A DNA stretch of 64,000 nt from a virus, in the IMG/VR virus record IMGVR_UViG_3300027714_000005. One strand, written 5' to 3'. The position numbers and the translations under genes are program-made. The notes below the pieces were generated by a model. The model made no database searches. It had not been told where the DNA came from and saw only the letters and a program-made list of their open reading frames with translations. Below are positions 1 through 8,193 of this stretch, piece after piece (the first letter of the stretch is position 1; every line of letters starts with the position of its first letter).

Positions 1-13
1 TGCGTTAGACGTA

Positions 14-1246
14 TTGAGGGTTGCAGCCGGAGATTCGTCCTACCAGATATCAACAGACGAGTACGGTATTCAGTTTGTTCGTATTCCCAAGTTCACACCA
101 ATACCCACAGATAGTCAGGGTAACGTTACAGTCGCATACTGGAATGAGTTCAAGAGATATTCCTTTACTGACCTCTCAAGTATACCAGAGGGGTCTATAA
201 TCATCGTAGGCGGGAGTTACGCAGGTTCTAGTGTGGTTAGTACACCTATGGGTTCTATGTATCCGCATGACGTACAAGCAAATCTGGTCAAGACAATGAT
301 CGGGGGTGTGACCATCGAACGACCCCCAGAATTTATTTTCTATGAGCTCTTGACAACTCTTGTATTATGTGGTATAATCCTAGCTCTTCTAGGGAAGGCT
401 GATATACTAATTTCAGGAGTGTCGTATGTCATCATAATTGGTGGTATTCTGTATGTGGTCAACGAACTATTCAATACCCAGTATCTCCAACTAGACCCAA
501 CATTCCCAATTATCACATTGACCTTGGTGTTTGCTCACGGTTCCTTTGTTCAGTTCTATGTACAGTTCAAAGCTAAACAACTTATTAAAGGACAGTTCGG
601 TACGTACCTATCACCCGACATGGTAGATATGTTGGCCAAAGACCCCAGTCTACTGAAGTTGGGTGGAGAGAAAAAAGAGATGACATTCCTCTTCATGGAC
701 ATTGTAGGATTCACCCCCATATCAGAACACTATAAAAACAAGGACGATGCGGAAGGGTTGGTTATACTCATTAATAACTACCTAAATGAGATGACTAATA
801 TTATCCTAAATAACGGTGGAACCATAGATAAGTATATGGGTGATTGTATCATGGCGTTTTGGAACGCCCCCTTACCTTGTGAGAATCATGCTGAGATGGC
901 AGTGAAGTCCGCAATAGAAATAGAAGAGAAGACAGATGAACTTAGACAGAGATACATTGCGGAAGGTTTACCACCGATTAACGTTGGAACTGGTATCAAT
1001 ACTGGGTCTTGTATTGTTGGTAATATGGGTAGTGAGTCACGGTTTGATTATTCAGTCATCGGAGACGCAGTCAACCTTGCCGCAAGACTTGAAGCAACTG
1101 CCGCAAGAGGAGACTATCTCGAATACAAAACTATCTACTCCAAAGCAACCAAAGACCAACTCATAGATATAGAGTCAAGTCCGATAGGACTCATTAAGGT
1201 AAAAGGAAAGGAAGAAGAAATTGAAATCTATACACATAATCGATGA
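14..1246 (+). CDS. CHASE2-type membrane adenylate cyclase (class III), 5'-truncated by window edge
   Basis: Three TM helices, then cyclase motifs FMDIVGFT, DKYMGDCIMAFW, GINTG..VGNMGS.RFDYSVIGDAVNLAARLE; GVTIERP resembles the end of a CHASE2 domain. Confidence 0.9.
   Translation: MRVAAGDSSYQISTDEYGIQFVRIPKFTPIPTDSQGNVTVAYWNEFKRYSFTDLSSIPEGSIIIVGGSYAGSSVVSTPMGSMYPHDVQANLVKTMIGGVTIERPPEFIFYELLTTLVLCGIILALLGKADILISGVSYVIIIGGILYVVNELFNTQYLQLDPTFPIITLTLVFAHGSFVQFYVQFKAKQLIKGQFGTYLSPDMVDMLAKDPSLLKLGGEKKEMTFLFMDIVGFTPISEHYKNKDDAEGLVILINNYLNEMTNIILNNGGTIDKYMGDCIMAFWNAPLPCENHAEMAVKSAIEIEEKTDELRQRYIAEGLPPINVGTGINTGSCIVGNMGSESRFDYSVIGDAVNLAARLEATAARGDYLEYKTIYSKATKDQLIDIESSPIGLIKVKGKEEEIEIYTHNR
350..378 (+). 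promoter_or_regulatory. sigma70 promoter inside cyclase gene
   Basis: TTGACA-17-TATAAT with extended TG. Confidence 0.6.
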
Positions 1247-1724
1247 TTTCCTAACACCCGAAGATTACGCGGAAGTTATGGAACTTTCAAAAGATATTCA
1301 TCTACACGAAGCTGAAGACTATTCTAAGAAGTATGGTACAAAGACTAACGACTATGCGTGGAAAACGTGGAATGGTTGTAGACGTAGTGACAACTATGTG
1401 GACTTTCTCGACTTTTTCAGTGATAAGGTCAACCTTCACTATAACGTAAAGATTTCTAGGTTAGAGTTCTTTACCCACCCCCTAGAGAAGTTTCCCATAT
1501 ACGAACAGGAGACTCAACAACACATCGATGCCTTGTTCGAGTTCTCTGGTGTCCTCTACCTTGACGAAGGTGCTGTAGGACTAGGTACTACAATTGGTAC
1601 TGAATATGTTGAGTGGAAACCCAATCGATTAGTGACATTCCCCGCATTAACCTACCACAATCCCCACTTTGGCGGAACTGAACGAACCGTTCTGACTTTC
1701 TTCTCTCATAAGAAAAAGTTATAA
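1221..1724 (+). CDS. 2OG-Fe(II) oxygenase-like protein
   Basis: HxD (QHID), GVLYL, WKPNRLVTFP...H...R motif pattern. Confidence 0.65.
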   Translation: MKSIHIIDDFLTPEDYAEVMELSKDIHLHEAEDYSKKYGTKTNDYAWKTWNGCRRSDNYVDFLDFFSDKVNLHYNVKISRLEFFTHPLEKFPIYEQETQQHIDALFEFSGVLYLDEGAVGLGTTIGTEYVEWKPNRLVTFPALTYHNPHFGGTERTVLTFFSHKKKL

Positions 1725-1773
1725 GTAACACCCCCTTTATTCGATCTTAGTCTACTCATTATGAAAATAAGAG

Positions 1774-1838
1774 TGGACAAAGTGTGCCTATTCGGTTATA
1801 ATAAGTACTTAGTTAATCGAGTTGAGAGAGAGAAAGTT
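1774..1838 (+). promoter_or_regulatory. early promoter cassette, class A copy 1
   Basis: TGGACA-17-TATAAT + AAGTACTTAGTTAATCGAGTTGAGAGAGA leader. Confidence 0.85.
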
Positions 1839-1982
1839 ATGATTAAGTATGTATTGAGAAACGTTGTTAATGACCAGTTAGTTAACTGTAAGATGTTTGA
1901 CACTGCTGTCGATGCCATGTGGTATCGTCATACTTATCTTGAACGTGATACTGCTTGGGTTGACCAAGTGGAGGTGAAGTAG
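1839..1982 (+). CDS. small early hypothetical protein (MIKYVLRN...)
   Basis: ATG directly after the cassette leader; the track start at 1761 lies upstream of the promoter. Confidence 0.7.
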   Translation: MIKYVLRNVVNDQLVNCKMFDTAVDAMWYRHTYLERDTAWVDQVEVK

Positions 1983-1986
1983 AGAT

Positions 1987-2265
1987 ATGGCACTTGCCCC
2001 GATGAATGTTGAAAACGTATTAGGTGAGTTCACCGAGAAAGAGTTTGGTAACTACTTCCACTACTCTGAGAATGCTAACAGAGTTGGAGGGTGTAAGGAT
2101 TGGTGTTGTTTCCCCCACCTCGTATGGGTTGGTGGTTTACATCAAGCGTATCGTTATGCGAAGGTCAAGAAGACTGTTGCTTACGTTGTGACTGATGAAA
2201 ATGATGACGGCAGTCCCGTTATCGAAAAATGGTTTCTTAAAAAGAATGTGGAGTATGTTGTATGA
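1987..2265 (+). CDS. hypothetical early protein
   Basis: GGAGG SD upstream, operonic spacing. Confidence 0.7.
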   Translation: MALAPMNVENVLGEFTEKEFGNYFHYSENANRVGGCKDWCCFPHLVWVGGLHQAYRYAKVKKTVAYVVTDENDDGSPVIEKWFLKKNVEYVV

Positions 2266-2507
2266 TTAATGAAAATGGTATTGAAGTAATCCCTACCCAT
2301 ATTGGTGGCCTGTGGAATATAACTCATAACATGGCGGTAATGGAAACCGATGTCAATGAATACTTCTACAACCCTGAGTTGGACAAGTTTGGTAACAAAG
2401 ATGACTGGGTCTGCAAAGACGGTTGGGAACGTATCATCGTATCCAATTATCTGACTGCACAAGAAGTTGACAAAATCTTTTTCAAATTATATTCAAATAA
2501 CGCTTGA
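2262..2507 (+). CDS. hypothetical early protein
   Basis: ATGA overlap, GGAG SD. Confidence 0.65.
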   Translation: MINENGIEVIPTHIGGLWNITHNMAVMETDVNEYFYNPELDKFGNKDDWVCKDGWERIIVSNYLTAQEVDKIFFKLYSNNA

Positions 2508-2566
2508 CAAACACTGCTGTTGTTGTTATAATAAGTACTTAGTTAATCGAGTTGAGAGAGAGAATT
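2504..2566 (+). promoter_or_regulatory. early promoter cassette, class A copy 2
   Basis: TTGACA-17-TATAAT + same leader. Confidence 0.9.
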
Positions 2567-2707
2567 ATGTTTGATAATGAAGTTGGTAACCTAATGAACG
2601 ATCTAGTAATGCTGATTGATGCTGCTGAGTGTTACAATGAAACTTACTACGACAGTGAGTACAAACGAATTGTCAACCGATTGGTTGAGTTAGGAGGATT
2701 AAAATAA
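2567..2707 (+). CDS. 46-aa hypothetical protein (not in ORF track)
   Basis: MFDNEVGNLMNDLVMLIDAAECYNETYYDSEYKRIVNRLVELGGLK*, follows the cassette, TAATG overlap with next gene. Confidence 0.7.
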   Translation: MFDNEVGNLMNDLVMLIDAAECYNETYYDSEYKRIVNRLVELGGLK

Positions 2708-3039
2708 TGGGTATTCACGTAAACATTTATAAGCAGGGTGACTACGATTGCACCGCAGGTGGTGAGTCAAGTTACGCAAAAGGTTTCTGTGTTGTAAACG
2801 CAGAAGGGCCATTCGAACCGTGTGAGGACTACCCGTCCGCAACACTGGTGATGGCAGAACCAATTGGTGGTAGGAAAATCCTGAGAATGATTCCGACTTC
2901 GAAGTTGGGAAACAACATGACCATGTTCGGTGGAAACTATGCGGGTTGTTCTGACTCAAGGTTCTCAAGACTTTGTGACCAGTTACTCGGTAGTACGTTC
3001 TACGGTGCGGTTGCTATCCACGATAGGGTGGAAGGTTGA
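2707..3039 (+). CDS. conserved phage hypothetical protein (MFGGNYA..SDSRF motif)
   Basis: AGGAGG SD; motif recurrent in phage proteins. Confidence 0.7.
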   Translation: MGIHVNIYKQGDYDCTAGGESSYAKGFCVVNAEGPFEPCEDYPSATLVMAEPIGGRKILRMIPTSKLGNNMTMFGGNYAGCSDSRFSRLCDQLLGSTFYGAVAIHDRVEG

Positions 3040-3048
3040 AATTAACGC

Positions 3049-3117
3049 TTGACTTTACTACAAGAAGTGTGTTATAATACTTGTATCGAAACCAATAATG
3101 AAAAGAGAGAATATATT
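3049..3117 (+). promoter_or_regulatory. early promoter, class B
   Basis: TTGACT-18-TATAAT + ACTTGTAT leader. Confidence 0.75.
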
Positions 3118-4086
3118 ATGAGCATGAATGACGTTTTACAAATTGAGACTATGGCTTACGCTGGCAAATCACCTTGGGGTGAGATTGGTACGCAAGTATC
3201 AAACGACCTATCCCCACAACAAATTATGACTAAGGCAGGTCTTGACTGGTCTGTCGAGAAAGTCCCGACCTTCGCAATCATGGGTGACGAACAAATCCCT
3301 ACGGGTCAGGAAGCACTTGTCCGGTCTTCGGACAAAAAGATTCTAACCCAAGTTGGTACGAATTGGCATCCTGTCCAGAACGAAACTGCGTTTGAGTTCT
3401 TCAACGACTTCTGTCTGGAAGGTGGTATGGAGATGCACACTGCGGGTTCACTAAAGGGTGGCAAAATGGTCTGGGCACTTGCCAAGATTAACGAGTCATT
3501 CGATGTGTTGAAGGGTGACCAAGTAGATTCCTACCTGTTGTTCTCCAACCCACACGAGTACGGTAAGTCAATCGATGTTAGATTCACACCAATCCGTGTT
3601 ACCTGTATGAACACCCTTGCGATGGCAATCAAAGGTTCTGCGGTTAACGGAATGAAACTTAACCACCGTAAGGCATTCGACCCTCGTAAAGTAAAAGAGA
3701 CTATGGGTATCGCACACGAGAAGTTTGAACAGTACAAAGATGTTGCTCAGTTCCTTGCGGGTAAGCAGTTCACTATGGACGCATTGATTCAGTACTACAA
3801 CAACGTGTTCCCTAGAACTTACCAAGGTAAGGAAACAGTCCAAGTCAAAACTGTTCAGGACTTGACATCGAACGGTCAGAAAGCGTTTGAGTTCTTGGAG
3901 TCACAGCCTGGCGCTGAGTTCGGAAAGGGTTCATGGTGGCAAGCACTTAACAGTGTGACCTACTTGACTGACCACCAGATGGGTCGTGAAGCAGATTCAC
4001 GTATGACTTCTGCATGGTTCGGTGTCAACCAGACTCGAAAGATTAGAGCAGTTGAAACAGCAGTCGAATTGGCGACTGCTCAATAG
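3118..4086 (+). CDS. DUF932 / phage-plasmid TIGR03299-like protein
   Basis: AGLDWSVEK, TAGSLKGGK.VWALA, YLLFSNPH, TPIRVTCMNTL; ATG 3118 lies after the promoter. Confidence 0.85.
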   Translation: MSMNDVLQIETMAYAGKSPWGEIGTQVSNDLSPQQIMTKAGLDWSVEKVPTFAIMGDEQIPTGQEALVRSSDKKILTQVGTNWHPVQNETAFEFFNDFCLEGGMEMHTAGSLKGGKMVWALAKINESFDVLKGDQVDSYLLFSNPHEYGKSIDVRFTPIRVTCMNTLAMAIKGSAVNGMKLNHRKAFDPRKVKETMGIAHEKFEQYKDVAQFLAGKQFTMDALIQYYNNVFPRTYQGKETVQVKTVQDLTSNGQKAFEFLESQPGAEFGKGSWWQALNSVTYLTDHQMGREADSRMTSAWFGVNQTRKIRAVETAVELATAQ

Positions 4087-4097
4087 GTGTATATATA

Positions 4098-4283
4098 ATG
4101 AGAAGGGGAAAACAACCACTTGCGACACGAGCAAAACAACAGATATCCATTTGTTGCAAGACACTGTGTGAACGTGAAGTGGTTGAGGAGTACATAAAAG
4201 AACTTGAAGACGAAGTAGAATGGTACAGAGAATGGTGGAAACTATCCACCCAAAAAACTATTAATGGAGAAAATAATGAGTGA
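4098..4283 (+). CDS. hypothetical protein
   Basis: ORF with AGGT SD filling the gap. Confidence 0.5.
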   Translation: MRRGKQPLATRAKQQISICCKTLCEREVVEEYIKELEDEVEWYREWWKLSTQKTINGENNE

Positions 4284-4557
4284 ATTTAAATTAAACGATG
4301 TAGTTGCGGTAATGTGTAACTCAGGTGAATATGTAGGTAAGTTCAAACAAGAAGGTGCTAATACTATTACAATCACTGACCCCCGTATGGTGGTGAGTAA
4401 TGAACAGGGACTTGGATTCGCACATGGTATTTGTGTTACTGGTAAGGCAGATGTGACTGAGGTTGACATCTATAAGAGTAGTATTTGTTTTGTGACGATG
4501 GTCAACGAAGACCTGCGTAAAGCATACACCACTAACACGAGTGGTATTATTCTGTAA
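4276..4557 (+). CDS. small beta-rich protein, possibly Sm-like fold
   Basis: GGAG SD; pattern DVVAV..SGEYVGKF..ITITDPR..YTTNTSGIIL is typical of T4-like small Sm-like proteins. Confidence 0.55.
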   Translation: MSEFKLNDVVAVMCNSGEYVGKFKQEGANTITITDPRMVVSNEQGLGFAHGICVTGKADVTEVDIYKSSICFVTMVNEDLRKAYTTNTSGIIL

Positions 4558-5717
4558 TGAAACGTAGGATACTCTGTTTAGATTATATTCTCTGTAATTT
4601 TCATAATCTAATAGCATTGGCCAAGGATGGTCATACAGTCTTTATGACCACATCCGAAGAGAATTTTCCTACTGCGTATTACGAATCTTTTGGTATAACA
4701 ACGGTTGATTCTGTTACAAGTTCGAGAGACTCTTTGTTACAACAGTTTATAGTGTCTAATAAAATAGATACTGTAATCAACCAAAACCCAAACAGAGATG
4801 TGCATAATAGTCTGTTTCGAGACTTAGATTATATTGGAATTAGTTTGTTGAGTGGCCATTTGGAATCTCGTAAAGTATGGTGTCGAAAAAACGTTGGTGA
4901 CCTCGGAGTTAAACTACCGAGATTGTTGGACAATATTGAAATACCTTGTGTTATCAAACCATGTAAGACACTCAATAAAAAGTTAGGCAGAATCCGTAAT
5001 ACTGTTGTTTTGTTAGATGAACGCAATGTCAAATATCTAGATGAACCTTACTATATAGAAGAATACCTGTCGGGTTGTATTGAGACCAATGTAGAGTTTG
5101 TTGTGTCTGGTGGCAAATGGTCTATACAACACTGCCAACAGGCTCTAGGTGAGGAGTCGTCAAAGATTGCGGGTAATCTTCGTCACTGGACAAAAACTGC
5201 GAGTTATGCCAAGTTGTCTGATGTCAATAGGTCACTTACCATAGATAATGCGACCAAGATTCTTGATTGGGTTGCGACATTGGGTGGTAGTTTTCAAGGT
5301 CAGTTAACGGGTCTAATCAAAAATAATGAGTGGTATTTCTGTGAGATAAACTCAAGACCTGCCCAGTGCAATAGTCTGCCAATTTTCTGTACTGGGGACG
5401 AGTATCTTGAATCGATGTTGGAGGGTAAACCCAATATCATTGGCAATGCGTTCCCTTGGGATGTTCATAAGGTGATAGTACAACCGATGACCCCAGATGC
5501 CATATATCCCTTTGAGTTACATGAGAAATATGGAGTGTCTGTACCTTGTGGTCTTGACATCATTGATGGTGAATATAGGGTCTCTATGATATGGTTTCGG
5601 GATACAGCACCAGAGGAATTGATGGGAATTGCTATAATTGACGACCAGATACCTGATGATTTCATCAAAGAATTTGAAAATAATTCGAACTTTTCGGTAA
5701 GTCATTGTTTTATATAG
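4557..5717 (+). CDS. ATP-grasp fold protein (distant PurD-like)
   Basis: LESRKVWC, PCVIKP, IEEYLSG.E, WYFCEINSRP (ExNxR). Confidence 0.65.
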   Translation: MKRRILCLDYILCNFHNLIALAKDGHTVFMTTSEENFPTAYYESFGITTVDSVTSSRDSLLQQFIVSNKIDTVINQNPNRDVHNSLFRDLDYIGISLLSGHLESRKVWCRKNVGDLGVKLPRLLDNIEIPCVIKPCKTLNKKLGRIRNTVVLLDERNVKYLDEPYYIEEYLSGCIETNVEFVVSGGKWSIQHCQQALGEESSKIAGNLRHWTKTASYAKLSDVNRSLTIDNATKILDWVATLGGSFQGQLTGLIKNNEWYFCEINSRPAQCNSLPIFCTGDEYLESMLEGKPNIIGNAFPWDVHKVIVQPMTPDAIYPFELHEKYGVSVPCGLDIIDGEYRVSMIWFRDTAPEELMGIAIIDDQIPDDFIKEFENNSNFSVSHCFI

Positions 5718-5738
5718 CATTCTTATTTTCGAAATAAG

Positions 5739-5800
5739 TTGACAAAAGGTGCCCAATAGACTATAATAGGTACTTAGTTAATCGAGTTGAGAGAGTTATT
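5739..5800 (+). promoter_or_regulatory. early promoter cassette, class A copy 3
   Basis: TTGACA-17-TATAAT + leader with one substitution. Confidence 0.9.
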
Positions 5801-6211
5801 ATGTTTTGTATTGAAGGTCGTCATGCCAAACCAGAGATTGTTGAAGAGTACGTTGTCCGTCTCATGCAAGCTTTGAAGATTCACCGATTCACTTCTAAGT
5901 TGATAACAGTCCAGTTCAAATCTGAATTGACTAATTATGCTCAGGGTCTATGTGAGGGTGACAAAGATTATGCCACCATTCAGATCGGCAAGTTCGATCA
6001 GACCTTCCTTCAACAGATGCAAGCACTTGCTCACGAGATGGTTCATGCTCGACAGTTCTTACGTGGTCAATTGAGTGCTGTAGGTGTGTGGAAGTGGAAG
6101 GGTCGCAATGCTGACAACTACGCTTACACTAACCAACCTTGGGAGAAAGAAGCATATCGTCTTGAACGTGAACTCTTTCTCGATTGTTTCCCGTTTGAGA
6201 AAATGGTGTGA
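5801..6211 (+). CDS. HExxH zincin-like metallopeptidase
   Basis: ALAHEMVHARQ ... QPWEKEAY. Confidence 0.75.
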   Translation: MFCIEGRHAKPEIVEEYVVRLMQALKIHRFTSKLITVQFKSELTNYAQGLCEGDKDYATIQIGKFDQTFLQQMQALAHEMVHARQFLRGQLSAVGVWKWKGRNADNYAYTNQPWEKEAYRLERELFLDCFPFEKMV

Positions 6212-6219
6212 TTTAGGGG

Positions 6220-6280
6220 TTGACGATTGTTGTTTTGTGTGGTATAATACTTGTATTGATAATGAGAAAGGAAAGTGATT
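6220..6280 (+). promoter_or_regulatory. early promoter, class B
   Basis: TTGACG-17-TATAAT + ACTTGTATTGATAATGAGAA. Confidence 0.8.
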
Positions 6281-6907
6281 ATGAGAATAGGTGATAGAAC
6301 ATTGTACAGTTTGTACACCGAAAAACATGAACGTAATCAGAATAAGGGTGCCACTTGGTGCGGTTTCCGTCAAAAAGATACCGAACGCCTGAAGACCTAC
6401 CGAGCAGAGTGGACTTTCCAGTCTAAGATTACCAACCCTGAGTTCACGTCCATTAAGGACGCAGAGAAGTTTGCGAAGAAAGTTTACAAAAGTAAGACTT
6501 GGTCAAACCTCTGGGCAAAATCTGTCGAAGAAGATGTTGGTCGTATATTCAACAACTACCCTACTGTAGTGCAGAGTAAGAGTCGCAGTAAGAAACTTGC
6601 GGGGTCTACTGACGGTAAGGTTGTCTCACTAGACTTGATTAGTGGTTTGAATGTATACACCCTGTTGCATGAACTTGCTCACACTCTGGGTCATATGCAC
6701 CACGGCCGTTCGTTCCGTCAAACTCTGTTGACCTTGGTTGGTCAGTTCATGGGTGCGAAAGAGAAGAAGACTCTCAAAGAAGAATTTAAGAAGAAGAAAC
6801 TCCACAGTGGTGACGCAAAGAAACCGCAGGAGTTTGACAAGTGGGTCGAGACTAAAGAACGACTGGAGAAAATGCGTGATGCCAAGTGGCTTGCCGAGAA
6901 CGCATAA
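6281..6907 (+). CDS. HExxH metallopeptidase-like protein
   Basis: TLLHELAHTL...HHGRSF. Confidence 0.7.
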   Translation: MRIGDRTLYSLYTEKHERNQNKGATWCGFRQKDTERLKTYRAEWTFQSKITNPEFTSIKDAEKFAKKVYKSKTWSNLWAKSVEEDVGRIFNNYPTVVQSKSRSKKLAGSTDGKVVSLDLISGLNVYTLLHELAHTLGHMHHGRSFRQTLLTLVGQFMGAKEKKTLKEEFKKKKLHSGDAKKPQEFDKWVETKERLEKMRDAKWLAENA

Positions 6908-7077
6908 TGACTAAAGGTATATTAGAGTATGACTGCGAAGACCCACCCGCGATAACAGAACTGGAAATGGACTATTTTGAATTCCTTACTTTGTGTAAGG
7001 AACGGGGTGTCGATGAGAGTAAGTGGCCCTCACTAAAAAGATTTGCGAAATTACGCAGACAACTAATGAATGAATGA
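6907..7077 (+). CDS. hypothetical protein
   Basis: TAATG-coupled ORF (MTKGILEY...). Confidence 0.55.
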   Translation: MTKGILEYDCEDPPAITELEMDYFEFLTLCKERGVDESKWPSLKRFAKLRRQLMNE

Positions 7078-7441
7078 GAGTGATATGAGTATAATAGATA
7101 ATGATATGAAAAACGCACACAATATTGAGACGGTCAGAACTGACATGCCTCCGATTGAGGAGATTGCAAACAGTAAACGATGGTTCAAGTCCGCAACCCC
7201 CAAACAAACTTTGGATTGGTATCTCAAGTGGGTGGCATCTATCTTGCTTCTATGCGGAATGTCTATGAGAGGAATTGACGGTCTGCAAATATATGACTTG
7301 ACAATCTCGGTCATTGGTGTTATACTATGGTTATGGGTTTCGATGTTGTGGAGAGACCGTGCATTAATCGTTGTGAACAGTGTAGGACTATTATTACTCA
7401 TCCGCAACCTTATACAATTACTCTATGGAGATACATTATGA
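7070..7441 (+). CDS. small 3-TM membrane protein (DUF6552-like)
   Basis: DWYLKWVAS...W.DRALIVVN hydrophobic pattern. Confidence 0.65.
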   Translation: MNESDMSIIDNDMKNAHNIETVRTDMPPIEEIANSKRWFKSATPKQTLDWYLKWVASILLLCGMSMRGIDGLQIYDLTISVIGVILWLWVSMLWRDRALIVVNSVGLLLLIRNLIQLLYGDTL

Positions 7442-8157
7442 ATTTTAAACATGAACCAGTCACGTTGACTGAAATGAATGCAGTGACCACTGATACTGGT
7501 CGTAAGTATATGACACCCGAAGGCATTAACCTTCCGTCTATTACAACGGTGCTATCCATTTTGTCACGTGACTCCATCGCCAAGTGGCGTAAACGTGTTG
7601 GTGATGCAGAGGCGAACCGTGTCTCATATCGTGCATCGACCCGTGGTACATCTGTTCACGAAATCTGTGAGAAGTACGTGAACAACGACCCAGCCTATGA
7701 CAAGTTCATGGCAACCGACCCCGACACTGGGGAACAAACGTTGACTACCCGCACACCTGACCTAATCGATTCTTTCCTAAAGATTAAACCAATCCTCGAT
7801 GAACGTCTGACTACGGTGTACGCACAAGAAGCACCCCTGTACTCTACCCATCTGGGTGTTGCAGGTCGTGTGGATTGTGTGGGTATCTTCGATGGTAAAC
7901 TATCCATCATTGACTACAAGACTTCTATGAAACCCAAGAAACTCGATTGGGTTAAGAACTACTTCATGCAGGAAGCAGGTTATGCTGTAATGTGGGAAGA
8001 ACGTACTGGTCAACCGATTACTCAGTTGGTTACTATTATCTCTGTTGATAATAACGAACCTCAAGTCTTCATCGAACATCGTGATAACTGGATTAATACG
8101 TTAAGAAATACAATTAAACAGTATAATGAGGAAAACTCTGCTTCCATTTTGTTATAA
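7438..8157 (+). CDS. PD-(D/E)xK exonuclease (Cas4/RecB-like, T4-like phage type)
   Basis: PSITTVLS, RGTSVHEICE, QEAPL, AGRVDC, IIDYKTS, Q..GYA.MWEE; GGAG SD before ATG 7438. Confidence 0.85.
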   Translation: MNFKHEPVTLTEMNAVTTDTGRKYMTPEGINLPSITTVLSILSRDSIAKWRKRVGDAEANRVSYRASTRGTSVHEICEKYVNNDPAYDKFMATDPDTGEQTLTTRTPDLIDSFLKIKPILDERLTTVYAQEAPLYSTHLGVAGRVDCVGIFDGKLSIIDYKTSMKPKKLDWVKNYFMQEAGYAVMWEERTGQPITQLVTIISVDNNEPQVFIEHRDNWINTLRNTIKQYNEENSASILL

Positions 8158-8160
8158 ATA
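8153..8160 (+). promoter_or_regulatory. T4-type late promoter
   Basis: TATAAATA 34 nt upstream of ORF 8194. Confidence 0.75.
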
Positions 8161-8193
8161 GTGGTATAATAACATTTTACTTATGGGAATTCG

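Noticed and set aside
4557-5717. Calling the ATP-grasp gene purD
   Set aside because: PurD signature motifs are missing; only the general fold is supported.
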